Positions 18,671-27,075 of a stretch of 46,534 bases of DNA are shown here, one piece after another. Where the stretch lies: the NCBI GenBank assembly GCA_038065175.1, contig JBBTRN010000018.1, forward strand, positions 1,445 through 47,978, written 5' to 3'. Under the pieces are notes generated by a model. That model saw only the letters and a list, made by a program, of their open reading frames with translations, was not told the DNA's origin and ran no database searches. The DNA comes from Patescibacteria group bacterium (GTDB lineage Bacteria; Patescibacteriota; Doudnabacteria; UBA920). How positions within the stretch are numbered: the first letter of the stretch is position 1; each line of letters opens with the position of its first letter. The translations under genes and the position numbers were made by a program.

Positions 18671-19162
18671 ATGCTTATATTAGGAATCGACCCCGGCACG
18701 GCCACCACCGGCTACGGGATAATAGAAATTGCTAAATCGAAAGACCAGCCTAAGCTGGTTGATTTTGGGGTGATTTCGACAAAGCCTAAACTGTCCGACG
18801 CCGAACGATTGCAAATTCTCGCAGACGACATTTTAAAACTTATAAAAAAATATAAACCGGGTTGTGTTGGGGTGGAAAAACTATTTTTTACCACTAACCA
18901 AAAAACGGTTATGGCAGTAAGCCAGGCTAGGGGAGCAGTGCTTTATGTCCTGCAAAAAAGCAAAATCCCAATTATGGAATTTACCCCGCTTCAAGTGAAA
19001 AGTTTTATTTGCGGCTACGGCAAGGCAGACAAGAAACAGGTGCAGTACATGGTACAAAAAACTTTTAAACTAAAAGCCGTGCCCAAACCAGACGACGCGG
19101 CAGACGCGCTCGCCGTGGCCTTGTGCGCCGGGTTTTTCCACAATAAGGCCTTGTCCCGTTAA
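18671..19162 (+). CDS. ruvC: Holliday junction resolvase
   Basis: ILGIDPG, VEKLFF, QARG, GYGKADKKQV and DDAADALA. Confidence 0.95.
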   Translation: MLILGIDPGTATTGYGIIEIAKSKDQPKLVDFGVISTKPKLSDAERLQILADDILKLIKKYKPGCVGVEKLFFTTNQKTVMAVSQARGAVLYVLQKSKIPIMEFTPLQVKSFICGYGKADKKQVQYMVQKTFKLKAVPKPDDAADALAVALCAGFFHNKALSR

Positions 19163-19237
19163 TTTTTACTAAGATCAAATAATTTCATTAACTGGGGACA
19201 GGATAAGTATAATCCACAGAAAATTATTTACTTGGGG

Positions 19238-19266
19238 TAGACATAAAACCCGCTAGTTGCTATAAT
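19238..19266 (+). promoter_or_regulatory. sigma70-type promoter with extended -10
   Basis: TAGACA-17 nt-(TGC)TATAAT. Confidence 0.65.
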
Positions 19267-19355
19267 CCCTGCACGATTGTATTTGCAATCGCTTAGTCTA
19301 AAAAATAACAGTTCCTAAAGCTAAAAAACTTTGGGAACCATGGAGACAATCAAAA

Positions 19356-19481
19356 ATGTTTTTTGATGACGAACCAGTGGATGGCGGCACCGACGGCGGA
19401 GCAGTCCCTGCCCCTAGCGCGCCTGCTGATGAAGCAGAAACTACCAGCACTAGCGACAGCACAAGCGGCGAAGCCATGTAA
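19356..19481 (+). CDS. 41-aa acidic low-complexity microprotein (not in the ORF track)
   Basis: MFFDDEPVDGGTDGGAVPAPSAPADEAETTSTSDSTSGEAM; has its own promoter, a GGAG upstream and a terminator. Confidence 0.65.
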   Translation: MFFDDEPVDGGTDGGAVPAPSAPADEAETTSTSDSTSGEAM

Positions 19482-19497
19482 AAACAGCTGAATCCAC

Positions 19498-19540
19498 AAA
19501 TAACAAAACCCCCTCACAGAGAGGGGGTTTTGTTATTTTT
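19498..19540. terminator. bidirectional terminator overlapping the tyrS 3' end
   Basis: AAATAACAAAACCCCCTC-acaga-GAGGGGGTTTTGTTATTT. Confidence 0.85.
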
Positions 19541-20707
19541 TTTCTCGAACCAGTAAAATCTTCTTTTACCCACTTGGATCAATCGCTTCTTACTGATATC
19601 TTCAATTATCTTATCCTCTTTCACAACTTCATTATCAATTTTAACACCGCCTTGCTCAACTAACCTTTTAGCTTCTGATTTACTAACGCCAAATAAGAAT
19701 GAAGTTGTTCCGGAAACCGTAGGTATAATATTGGGCGGCAAAAGCCTATATTTAATACCACTCGGCAACTCTTTTTTACTAAACAAACTCATAAAAGCAT
19801 TTTTTGCATCAACTGATTTCTTTTCACCGTGATACAGGGCAGTAACGCTCTGGGAAAGAATGAGTTTTTGATCGCGAGGATTATTTAATTCTTTCATTAC
19901 CCGCTTAATTTCTTCTCCCGGGGTTCGGGTAGCCAGCAAAAAATATTTCTCTATTAAATTGTCCGGAATAGACATAATCTTGCCGAACATGTTATTGGGT
20001 TCGTCGGTAATATTCACCACATTACCCCAGGAAGAGGACATTTTGCGTCCGTCCGTGCCTTCCATTAAAGGCACCATCAAAATATCCTGCGGCTTTTGTT
20101 TGTAAAACGGCTGGATGGTTCTGCCTGCTAATAAATTAAACCTTTGGTCAGTACCGCCTAATTCCACATCGGCCTTAACCGCGACCGAATCGTAGCCTTG
20201 CATTAAAGGGTACATCAGTTCCCGAAAAGAGACCCTTTTGCCGGTCTTCATCCGCAAGGCAATATTTTCGCGGGCTGCCATTTCATGCAGACCGAATAAG
20301 TTTGCCATTTCGGCAATTTCCAAAAATCCGAGCTTTTTCAGCCATTCCGAATTATAGTGGGTTTCGGTTTTTTTCTTATCTAATATTTTAAAGGCTTGTT
20401 CAAAATAAGTTTTCAAGTTGGCCTTAACCTGTGCCGGGCTTAACATTGGCCTTTCGGAATCTTTATCTGAAGTGTCACCAATTAGCCCTGTGAAATCGCC
20501 CACAATAAAAACCACCTTGTGCCCAAGTTCCTGGAAGGCACGAAGTTTCCATAAAACCACTGCCCGGCCAATGTGAATGTTCGGGGAAGTGGGGTCAATG
20601 CCCAATTTGACGCGAAGTTTCTTTTTGCCTTTTAAGGCCGCCTCTAAATGGGCTTTGTCTATTACTTCTTCCACGCCGCGGGTTAAAATACCTTCTATAT
20701 TGTTCAT
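19514..20707 (-). CDS. tyrS: tyrosine--tRNA ligase
   Basis: GIDPTSPNIHIG, YPLMQGYD, GGTDQRFN, KMSSS and a C-terminal S4 domain. Confidence 0.95.
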   Translation of the reverse strand: MNNIEGILTRGVEEVIDKAHLEAALKGKKKLRVKLGIDPTSPNIHIGRAVVLWKLRAFQELGHKVVFIVGDFTGLIGDTSDKDSERPMLSPAQVKANLKTYFEQAFKILDKKKTETHYNSEWLKKLGFLEIAEMANLFGLHEMAARENIALRMKTGKRVSFRELMYPLMQGYDSVAVKADVELGGTDQRFNLLAGRTIQPFYKQKPQDILMVPLMEGTDGRKMSSSWGNVVNITDEPNNMFGKIMSIPDNLIEKYFLLATRTPGEEIKRVMKELNNPRDQKLILSQSVTALYHGEKKSVDAKNAFMSLFSKKELPSGIKYRLLPPNIIPTVSGTTSFLFGVSKSEAKRLVEQGGVKIDNEVVKEDKIIEDISKKRLIQVGKRRFYWFEKKNNKTPSL

Positions 20708-20744
20708 ATGATTAATTATATCACTGATTATTTAGGGATCAAAG

Positions 20745-21701
20745 TTAATTATTTGGGTGTTTTAAAATCCAATCCAAGGCCTTGGATATTTGATCAAATG
20801 AGCTAAAAATTAAGTATGAATGATGCAAGCTGTGTGGGCTCCTGTCTAGCTTAGGAAACAAACTTACATCAAAGTTAATTTTTTTTACGTTTTGGCTGCC
20901 AGCATTATTTAATTCCCCAAAAGAGGATATCAACCCTGCGCCAATGACTAAATTTTTACCACCCTCCTTAATAAATCCAAATTCCATACTATTCCACCAC
21001 AACCGTTCAGCCATAAATTGTTGACCCTCTTCCTTGCATTTCATAAAAACTTGACCAAACTTTTGAGCCAGTTCTTTTATTTCAGGATTTACAAGCATAG
21101 GTAAGTGGCCAAAGATATCATGAAAAATATCCGGTAGCGGAATAAAATCCAACTCTTTCATAGTTCGGATATAATTGGTTCGCATAATCCGTCTTTGCGA
21201 CAAAAAATGAAACCACGGCGCGTCTTCTGCATACTGTATGTTAGTAACTTCAGTTTTCCATTTCGCAACAGTAAACAGGCGTTCGTCCAACTCTTCTAAA
21301 TTAGGCAGTTTATTTGGGTTAATATTTAACAATTTTAGCCCTTCCCAAAACCACGGATGAACCTTACCCTTTAAACTCTTAAACTGACGCTCAAATAATT
21401 TTTGCCAAATAACATGAGCTTTAGGGTCAGTTATGGACAAAACTTTTAAATCACTAAATTTTGTACTGTAAAATTTACTGTCCAAAAGCTTAGCCAGCTG
21501 CCAGTCTTTTTCAGTTACTATATCTCCGGCATCGTGGGTGGTAAGCAGGACATTAATCTTGTTGCTTTTTAATGACCAGTCAGGATCATGACCCAAAGCC
21601 AAAATACTCGGCTTACAAGCAGCCACAAAATCCAATGCCTCCTGGTTATTGGAAAAAACGAACGTCTTAACAAGTTTATTATTTTGATTCTGCCATTGCA
21701 T
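20745..21701 (-). CDS. pterin-4a-carbinolamine dehydratase fused to phenylalanine 4-hydroxylase
   Basis: N-terminal PCD-like region (KTFVF, GHDPD, LTTHDAG); C-terminal PDIFHDIFGHLPML, MEFG and GAGLISSFGE with the His/His/Glu iron ligands. Confidence 0.85.
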   Translation of the reverse strand: MQWQNQNNKLVKTFVFSNNQEALDFVAACKPSILALGHDPDWSLKSNKINVLLTTHDAGDIVTEKDWQLAKLLDSKFYSTKFSDLKVLSITDPKAHVIWQKLFERQFKSLKGKVHPWFWEGLKLLNINPNKLPNLEELDERLFTVAKWKTEVTNIQYAEDAPWFHFLSQRRIMRTNYIRTMKELDFIPLPDIFHDIFGHLPMLVNPEIKELAQKFGQVFMKCKEEGQQFMAERLWWNSMEFGFIKEGGKNLVIGAGLISSFGELNNAGSQNVKKINFDVSLFPKLDRSPHSLHHSYLIFSSFDQISKALDWILKHPNN

Positions 21702-21729
21702 ATTTATTTATTCTTTAATAATTAAAAAT

Positions 21730-21761
21730 AAAAAAACCACCTGGCAGAGCCAAGCGGTTTT
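21730..21761 (-). terminator. attenuator terminator upstream of the hydroxylase
   Basis: minus strand AAAACCGCTTGGC-tct-GCCAGGTGGTTTTTTT. Confidence 0.75.
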
Positions 21762-21782
21762 GAAAATAAAAGCAAATTCAAA

Positions 21783-21848
21783 TTACCGCGAACTCTGCAA
21801 AGAGGGACGGTAAGTATACATATTAAATTTAACGGTAACTTTTTTCAT
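21783..21848 (-). CDS. attenuator leader peptide MKKVTVKFNMYTYRPSLQSSR
   Basis: 21 aa with F-x-x-Y-x-Y, lying between the promoter and alternative hairpins. Confidence 0.7.
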   Translation of the reverse strand: MKKVTVKFNMYTYRPSLQSSR

Positions 21849-21858
21849 ATCTGTTCGT

Positions 21859-21887
21859 ATAATATAGTAATAGACCTAATTTGTCAA
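21859..21887 (-). promoter_or_regulatory. promoter of the leader/hydroxylase transcript
   Basis: minus strand TTGACA-17 nt-TATTAT. Confidence 0.7.
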
Positions 21888-21923
21888 TTAGAACACAAAA
21901 AAGTTATAATCTTAGGACATGAG

Positions 21924-22198
21924 TCCCGTTAGAGAAACCCTATATATTATACTTATATTTTACAAAGCTTCAAAGACGGGAAGCAATATACAGGCTGTTG
22001 CAAAAATTTACGGAAGCGTTTCAAACAGCATAACAATAACCTAGTGCCATCAACCAAAGGTCGAGCTCCATTTGTTTTAATATATTATGAAGCGTGTTTA
22101 AATAAAGATGACGCTTTTGCCAGAGAACGCTATCTTAAAAGCGGGATGGGCAAACGCTATTTAAAAAATCGTTTGAAACGCTTCCTTTCTCTAACGGG
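21924..22198. mobile_element. CCC...GGG element carrying a GIY-YIG gene, inserted at the PBP start codon
   Basis: ATGAG-TCCCGTTAGAGA ... TCTCTAACGGG-ATGAA. Confidence 0.8.
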
Positions 22199-22202
22199 AT
22201 GA
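21942..22202 (+). CDS. GIY-YIG nuclease family protein (ATA in place of a start; possible pseudogene; not in the ORF track)
   Basis: YYTYILQSFKDGKQYTGCCKNLRKRFKQHN...LIYYEAC...AFARERYLKSG. Confidence 0.8.
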   Translation: MYYTYILQSFKDGKQYTGCCKNLRKRFKQHNNNLVPSTKGRAPFVLIYYEACLNKDDAFARERYLKSGMGKRYLKNRLKRFLSLTG

Positions 22203-25075
22203 AGATTTACAGCTATCGCATAAAAAAACGCTCTCACGGGTCAATTAAAACCTCGAAATTCAAATTCCCAAAATTACCCTTTCGGCTACCGTTTAAATTT
22301 AAGCGGCCGAAGAATGTTTGGACATTAATTTTTCGCGCGTTTGCCATGGGCATTTTATTTATTGCCCTGCTGTTTTTATATTATGCCAAAGACCTGCCGG
22401 ATCCCAACAAATTAATTGAAAGGGATGTGGCCGAAAACACCAAAATCTTTGACCGGGAAGGCAAATTGCTTTATGAAATACACGGCGAGGTAAAACGCAC
22501 ATTGATAGAACTTGACCAAATCCCTGAATACGCAAAACAAGCGTCAATTGCCATTGAAGATAAAGATTTTTACAACCACCATGGTTTGTATTTTAGGGGG
22601 ATTGCCCGTTCGCTCTTCCGCTATGTTATTAACCTTGGGCCCGAAGGGGGCGGAGGCAGTACTTTAACCCAACAATTTGTCAAAAACGCTATTTTAACCA
22701 ATAAAAAAACTTTTGGACGAAAAATTCCCGAGGCAATTTTAAGCTTAGAAATAGAAGCCAGGTTTTCCAAAGAAGAAATCCTAAAACTCTACTTAAACGA
22801 AATCCCCTACGGACGCAATGCCTACGGCATTGAAGCCGCGGCCTTTGGTTATTTTGGCAAATCTGCCAACGAGTTAAGTTTGGCCGAAAGCGCTTACCTG
22901 GCGGCATTACCCCAAGCGCCGACATTCTATAACCCCTTAGGCCCGAACCGAGCCGCTTTGGACGCAAGGAAAGACCGGGTCCTTGCGGCCATGCGAGAAC
23001 AGGGCTACATTAGTCCCGAACAGGAAAAAACCGCAACCGAAGAAAAAGTGGAATTTTTAAAAACCAAGACCGCCATTTCCGCGCCGCATTTTGTGTTGAT
23101 GGTGCAGGATTATTTAGCTAAAAAGTACGGAGAAAAAACCCTGGCTGAAGGCGGGCTTAGAGTTTATACTACCCTGGACTCCGGCCTGCAAAAAATTGCG
23201 GAAGAAGCGATTAAAGCCAGGGCAGAAACTAATTCCACGAAATACAATGCCCAAAACGCCAGCCTGGTTGCCGTTGACCCTAAAACCGGACAAATTTTAG
23301 CCCTGGTGGGAAGCAAAGATTACTTTGGGGAGAGTTTCCCTAAAGACTGCAGACCAGGAAAAACATGCCTGTTTGAGCCCAACGTGAACACCGCTCTTTC
23401 GCAGCTCCAACCCGGCTCAAGTTTTAAGCCTTATGTCTACGCAACGGCTTTCGGCAGGGATTATAAATTCGCCCCTGCCGCCATGCTTATTGATGTAGTT
23501 ACCAACTTCGGCACTTTTAACGGTAAAAACTATGCGCCTGAAAACTATAACAACAGAGAGCATGGCCCGGTTTCCATGCGTTCTGCATTGGCAGGCAGTT
23601 TGAACATCCCGGCGGTAAAAACCCTGGCCTTGGTTGGGGTGGACAAAGCAGTCCAGGTGGCGCGGGATTTAGGCATAACCAGCCCCATGGCTGACTGCGG
23701 CCTGTCTTTAGTTTTGGGAGGATGCGAAGTGAGATTAATAGACCACGTGGCCGCGTTTGGGGTTCTGGCCAACGGGGGCGTCAAAAACGAAAAAACCGCC
23801 ATATTAAAAGTCCTGGACAAGAACGGAAACACACTGGAAGAATTTGAGGAAAATCCAAAAGAAATTTTGGATCCCCAAGCCGTGTACCAACTTATAAGCA
23901 TAATGACGGACAACAACGCAAGAAGCTTTGTGTTTGGGGCCAACTCGCCTTTGACTTTGCCGGGCAGGGAAGTAGCGGCAAAAACCGGCACAACGCAAAA
24001 TTGGCACGACGGCTGGACTATGGGCTTTACGCCTTCTTTAGCCGCCGGAGTCTGGGCTGGGAATAACTGCGGGGGGGCGAACCCTAAATGCCTTATGAAA
24101 GAAGGGGCGGACGGCGTTTTTGTAGCAGCGCCTATCTGGAACCAATTCATGAAAGAAGCGCTAAAAGACAAACCTGCCGAAAGGTTCAAAGAACCCCCGG
24201 GGATTACGCGAATTATTGTTGACGCAACTTCCGGCAAACTCCCTACTGCCAACAGCCCCTCTACCAAAGAGGAGGTGTTTGCCGATTACAACCGGCCGCA
24301 AGATTATGACAATATTCACATTAGCTTGGCCTACGACTCTTTAACCAATCTACCCGCTGACCCTACAACCCCGCCTGAACGAATCACTTACAAAAACTTC
24401 ACGGTTTTCCAAAGCGAACAACCGCAAAACCCCGGCTGGGAAAATCCTGTAAGGGATTGGGCGATTAAGAACGGATACCTCTACCCTTCCAGGGTGCCTA
24501 CAAACCCAACCCAACCCGGATTTGGGGAAATTTCCGCCAGGATCACTAGCCCGTCAGACGGGCAACAAATTGAATCTTTGCCGTTTTTTGTGGGGGTTGA
24601 GGCTCAAGGCACGAACCCAATTGCCAGAGTGGATTTATTTATTGACGGGCTTTTTATTAAAAGTATGAATACCGCGCCCTACCGTTTTGAGGTCAATAAA
24701 ATCCTTTCCAATGGCCAGCATGTGGTGGCCGCAAAAGCATTGGACGCTGCCGGTAATATTGCGGATGCCAGTATAATAATTAGTTTCGGATCCCAGGGCG
24801 GTCTGGAATTAACCGACCCGGCGTATAACACATTAGCCCTATTCCCGATTACCCTGGCCGCGCAAAGCGCAAAAAAGTACGAATTAGTGAATTTTTATTA
24901 TTTGGAAGGTGAAATTGAAAAATTAATCGGGAAAGCGGAAAAGATAGAAAATGTGGGAGGGGGCTTCCGCTACAGCTTAGTTTGGGACAACGCGCCCGAT
25001 ATAAAAGAATTTTGGGTTTTTGCCAAAACTCCTGACGGGCAGGAGACAAAAAAAGTGAAGATAACAGTACCATAA
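22199..25075 (+). CDS. class A penicillin-binding protein (PBP1A family) with C-terminal Ig-like domain
   Basis: TM anchor, EDKDFYNH and GSTLTQQ transglycosylase motifs, GSSFK and KTGT transpeptidase motifs. Confidence 0.93.
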   Translation: MKIYSYRIKKRSHGSIKTSKFKFPKLPFRLPFKFKRPKNVWTLIFRAFAMGILFIALLFLYYAKDLPDPNKLIERDVAENTKIFDREGKLLYEIHGEVKRTLIELDQIPEYAKQASIAIEDKDFYNHHGLYFRGIARSLFRYVINLGPEGGGGSTLTQQFVKNAILTNKKTFGRKIPEAILSLEIEARFSKEEILKLYLNEIPYGRNAYGIEAAAFGYFGKSANELSLAESAYLAALPQAPTFYNPLGPNRAALDARKDRVLAAMREQGYISPEQEKTATEEKVEFLKTKTAISAPHFVLMVQDYLAKKYGEKTLAEGGLRVYTTLDSGLQKIAEEAIKARAETNSTKYNAQNASLVAVDPKTGQILALVGSKDYFGESFPKDCRPGKTCLFEPNVNTALSQLQPGSSFKPYVYATAFGRDYKFAPAAMLIDVVTNFGTFNGKNYAPENYNNREHGPVSMRSALAGSLNIPAVKTLALVGVDKAVQVARDLGITSPMADCGLSLVLGGCEVRLIDHVAAFGVLANGGVKNEKTAILKVLDKNGNTLEEFEENPKEILDPQAVYQLISIMTDNNARSFVFGANSPLTLPGREVAAKTGTTQNWHDGWTMGFTPSLAAGVWAGNNCGGANPKCLMKEGADGVFVAAPIWNQFMKEALKDKPAERFKEPPGITRIIVDATSGKLPTANSPSTKEEVFADYNRPQDYDNIHISLAYDSLTNLPADPTTPPERITYKNFTVFQSEQPQNPGWENPVRDWAIKNGYLYPSRVPTNPTQPGFGEISARITSPSDGQQIESLPFFVGVEAQGTNPIARVDLFIDGLFIKSMNTAPYRFEVNKILSNGQHVVAAKALDAAGNIADASIIISFGSQGGLELTDPAYNTLALFPITLAAQSAKKYELVNFYYLEGEIEKLIGKAEKIENVGGGFRYSLVWDNAPDIKEFWVFAKTPDGQETKKVKITVP

Positions 25076-25166
25076 AAATTACTAATGCCGAATTACTAAT
25101 GTCTAATCAATTTCTGTTGTTTAAATGCTTTAATTGGACATTTTGATATTAGTCATTGATTAGGAA
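25076..25166. repeat. empty inverted array of degenerate short repeats
   Basis: actaatg/tctaatc units on the left, cattttg/attagtc/gattagg units on the right; fills the intergenic gap. Confidence 0.55.
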
Positions 25167-25169
25167 TTG

Positions 25170-26402
25170 ATGAATTATTTAATCGTCCTCACAATCCTTC
25201 TCACTCCTGCCTACGCAATTAGGTTTAATATTTTTGGATTGTCCACAAATTTGCTAATGCTCTGGGTATTTTTTGTTTGGGTAATTTTTACATTTTACTT
25301 AACTGTCAACAATGAATGGGCCAAGTATATCGAGTTTAAATTATCACTGGATAAAAAAATTCTTGCCTTTATAAGCCTATTCTTTGCAGCCGCATTGATT
25401 AGCCTATTTTGGCAAGGCTTTAGCCAGGAAAAACTTGGGCAGTTTATTGTTCTGTTTATACAGCCAATTAGCTTGTTTATCATTGCGTCCTATACATGGT
25501 ATAAAAATCCTGATTCTAAACCCTTAATCCTTAATACTTGCTACTTGCTACTTGCGACCATGGGCCTCTTTGCCATCATCCAATACTTCACGCTTCTAGG
25601 CCTGCCGCCTGAATACTGGGGCAACAGCATGGAGCCGAAAAGGGTAATTGCGTTTTTTTCACATCCTAATTTTTATGCACTATTTATAGCTCCTTTATTG
25701 GCTTTTCTTATTCCTGACGCCTTTTCGGCAATTTCAAATTTCTCCGCCAAAGGCGGACAAATTTCAAAACTCTGGAAACCTATTTGCTGGACAATCGGGG
25801 CAATCGGGCTATTATTATCGCTATCTAGAGCGGGCTGGCTCGGGCTTGGGGTAGCTGGGCTAGTTTACTTATTTTTTGCTGCCGACAGAGCAATAAAAAA
25901 AATCGCCTCTGTTGTAGTAATTGTTATGGTTATTGTTATTGTTTCCGTCCCTAACCTCCGGTGGCGCTTTGTCCTACCCTTCTACGGCGAAAAGTCTGCT
26001 GTGTCTAGACTTAGCCTTTGGGAAACAGGGTGGAAAGGCGTAAAGGAGTCACCAATTTTGGGTCTGGGACTTACAGGCTTTTCAAATAATTGGAACAAAC
26101 TAAATACGGATCCAAATTTAGATACGCATAACTACCCGCATAATATATTTTTAAATTTATGGGTAGAAACGGGGATAATAGGACTTATGAGTCTTATAGG
26201 ACTAATAGGACCTTTAATTTATCGGGGACTTCGTTCTGTTTCCTCCTCCTTGAGGGGGGAGGGGCAGGGTGGGGGTGATGCGATAAAACTCGGCGTTGCG
26301 CTCTTCCTTATAGCTCTCCTGTCCCAAGGCCTCTTAGACAACCCTTACTTTAAAAACGATTTAGCTATGGTGTTTTGGATAGTGTTGTCTTTAGGGTTCT
26401 AA
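25170..26402 (+). CDS. O-antigen ligase (WaaL/Wzy_C) family membrane protein
   Basis: many TM helices, FSHPNFYA, LSLSRAGW and YPHNIFL. Confidence 0.88.
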   Translation: MNYLIVLTILLTPAYAIRFNIFGLSTNLLMLWVFFVWVIFTFYLTVNNEWAKYIEFKLSLDKKILAFISLFFAAALISLFWQGFSQEKLGQFIVLFIQPISLFIIASYTWYKNPDSKPLILNTCYLLLATMGLFAIIQYFTLLGLPPEYWGNSMEPKRVIAFFSHPNFYALFIAPLLAFLIPDAFSAISNFSAKGGQISKLWKPICWTIGAIGLLLSLSRAGWLGLGVAGLVYLFFAADRAIKKIASVVVIVMVIVIVSVPNLRWRFVLPFYGEKSAVSRLSLWETGWKGVKESPILGLGLTGFSNNWNKLNTDPNLDTHNYPHNIFLNLWVETGIIGLMSLIGLIGPLIYRGLRSVSSSLRGEGQGGGDAIKLGVALFLIALLSQGLLDNPYFKNDLAMVFWIVLSLGF

Positions 26403-26414
26403 CTATGTTAAAAT

Positions 26415-26687
26415 ATGGCAATGCAGACTAAACTGAAAAATCGAATAATTATTGACCCGAGGGTTATGGTCGGCAAACCCATAATAAAAGGCACGCGGAT
26501 TACCGTGGAGTTGATTTTGCGTTTGCTGGCGCAAGGCCAACCTGTGGAAGAAATCCTTGATAATTACCCGCACTTAAAAAAAGAAGATATTCGCGCGGCA
26601 ATCGAGTATGCGGCCGAACTTTTGGAAAGAGAAGCTGTCTACCCTTTAACAACCACTGCCTATGCCAAGGTTAAGACTGTTGCTTGA
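26415..26687 (+). CDS. DUF433 antitoxin
   Basis: DPRVMVGKPIIKGTRITVE...YPHLKKEDIRAA. Confidence 0.9.
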   Translation: MAMQTKLKNRIIIDPRVMVGKPIIKGTRITVELILRLLAQGQPVEEILDNYPHLKKEDIRAAIEYAAELLEREAVYPLTTTAYAKVKTVA

Positions 26688-27015
26688 CGAAAATATTGGG
26701 AAGACGACAGCTGAAATACTTCGAAAAGATCGAAATGATGTTGTGAGCGTATCAGAAGACTACCGAGGCCAAGCAGATGAAGCTATTCTAAAAATCGCTG
26801 TCAAAAGCAAACGAATTATTGTTACGCTTGATAAAGATTTCGGCACGCTAGTGCATTTACACTCCCGCAAACATACTGGGGTTATTTTATTGCGCTTGGA
26901 TGACGAATCTCCAAAAAATATTTATAAAATCTTGAAATCTATACTAAAACAGCCATCAAAAAACCTAAAAGGCAAATTCATTGTCGCAACAGAAACCAAA
27001 ATCAGGCTGAAATAA
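26662..27015 (+). CDS. DUF5615/PIN-like toxin
   Basis: LLLDENI, DEAIL, IVTLDKDFG and GVILLR; paired with DUF433. Confidence 0.88.
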   Translation: MPRLRLLLDENIGKTTAEILRKDRNDVVSVSEDYRGQADEAILKIAVKSKRIIVTLDKDFGTLVHLHSRKHTGVILLRLDDESPKNIYKILKSILKQPSKNLKGKFIVATETKIRLK

Positions 27016-27075
27016 AAAACAAGGGCGGAACGACTTTCATCGCCCGCCCTTGAGGGCATTAACCTTTGTTGAAGG

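Noticed and set aside
21924-22198. Integron cassette (GTTAGAG / CTCTAAC cores)
   Set aside because: No attC hairpin body follows the RYYYAAC-like core and there is no integrase; it is treated as a different element type.
23545-24267. Long antisense ORFs (also 5770-6192, 6520-6984, 39618-40031, 41062-41502, 46101-46531)
   Set aside because: These are shadow frames opposite well-supported genes or running through palindromic repeats.
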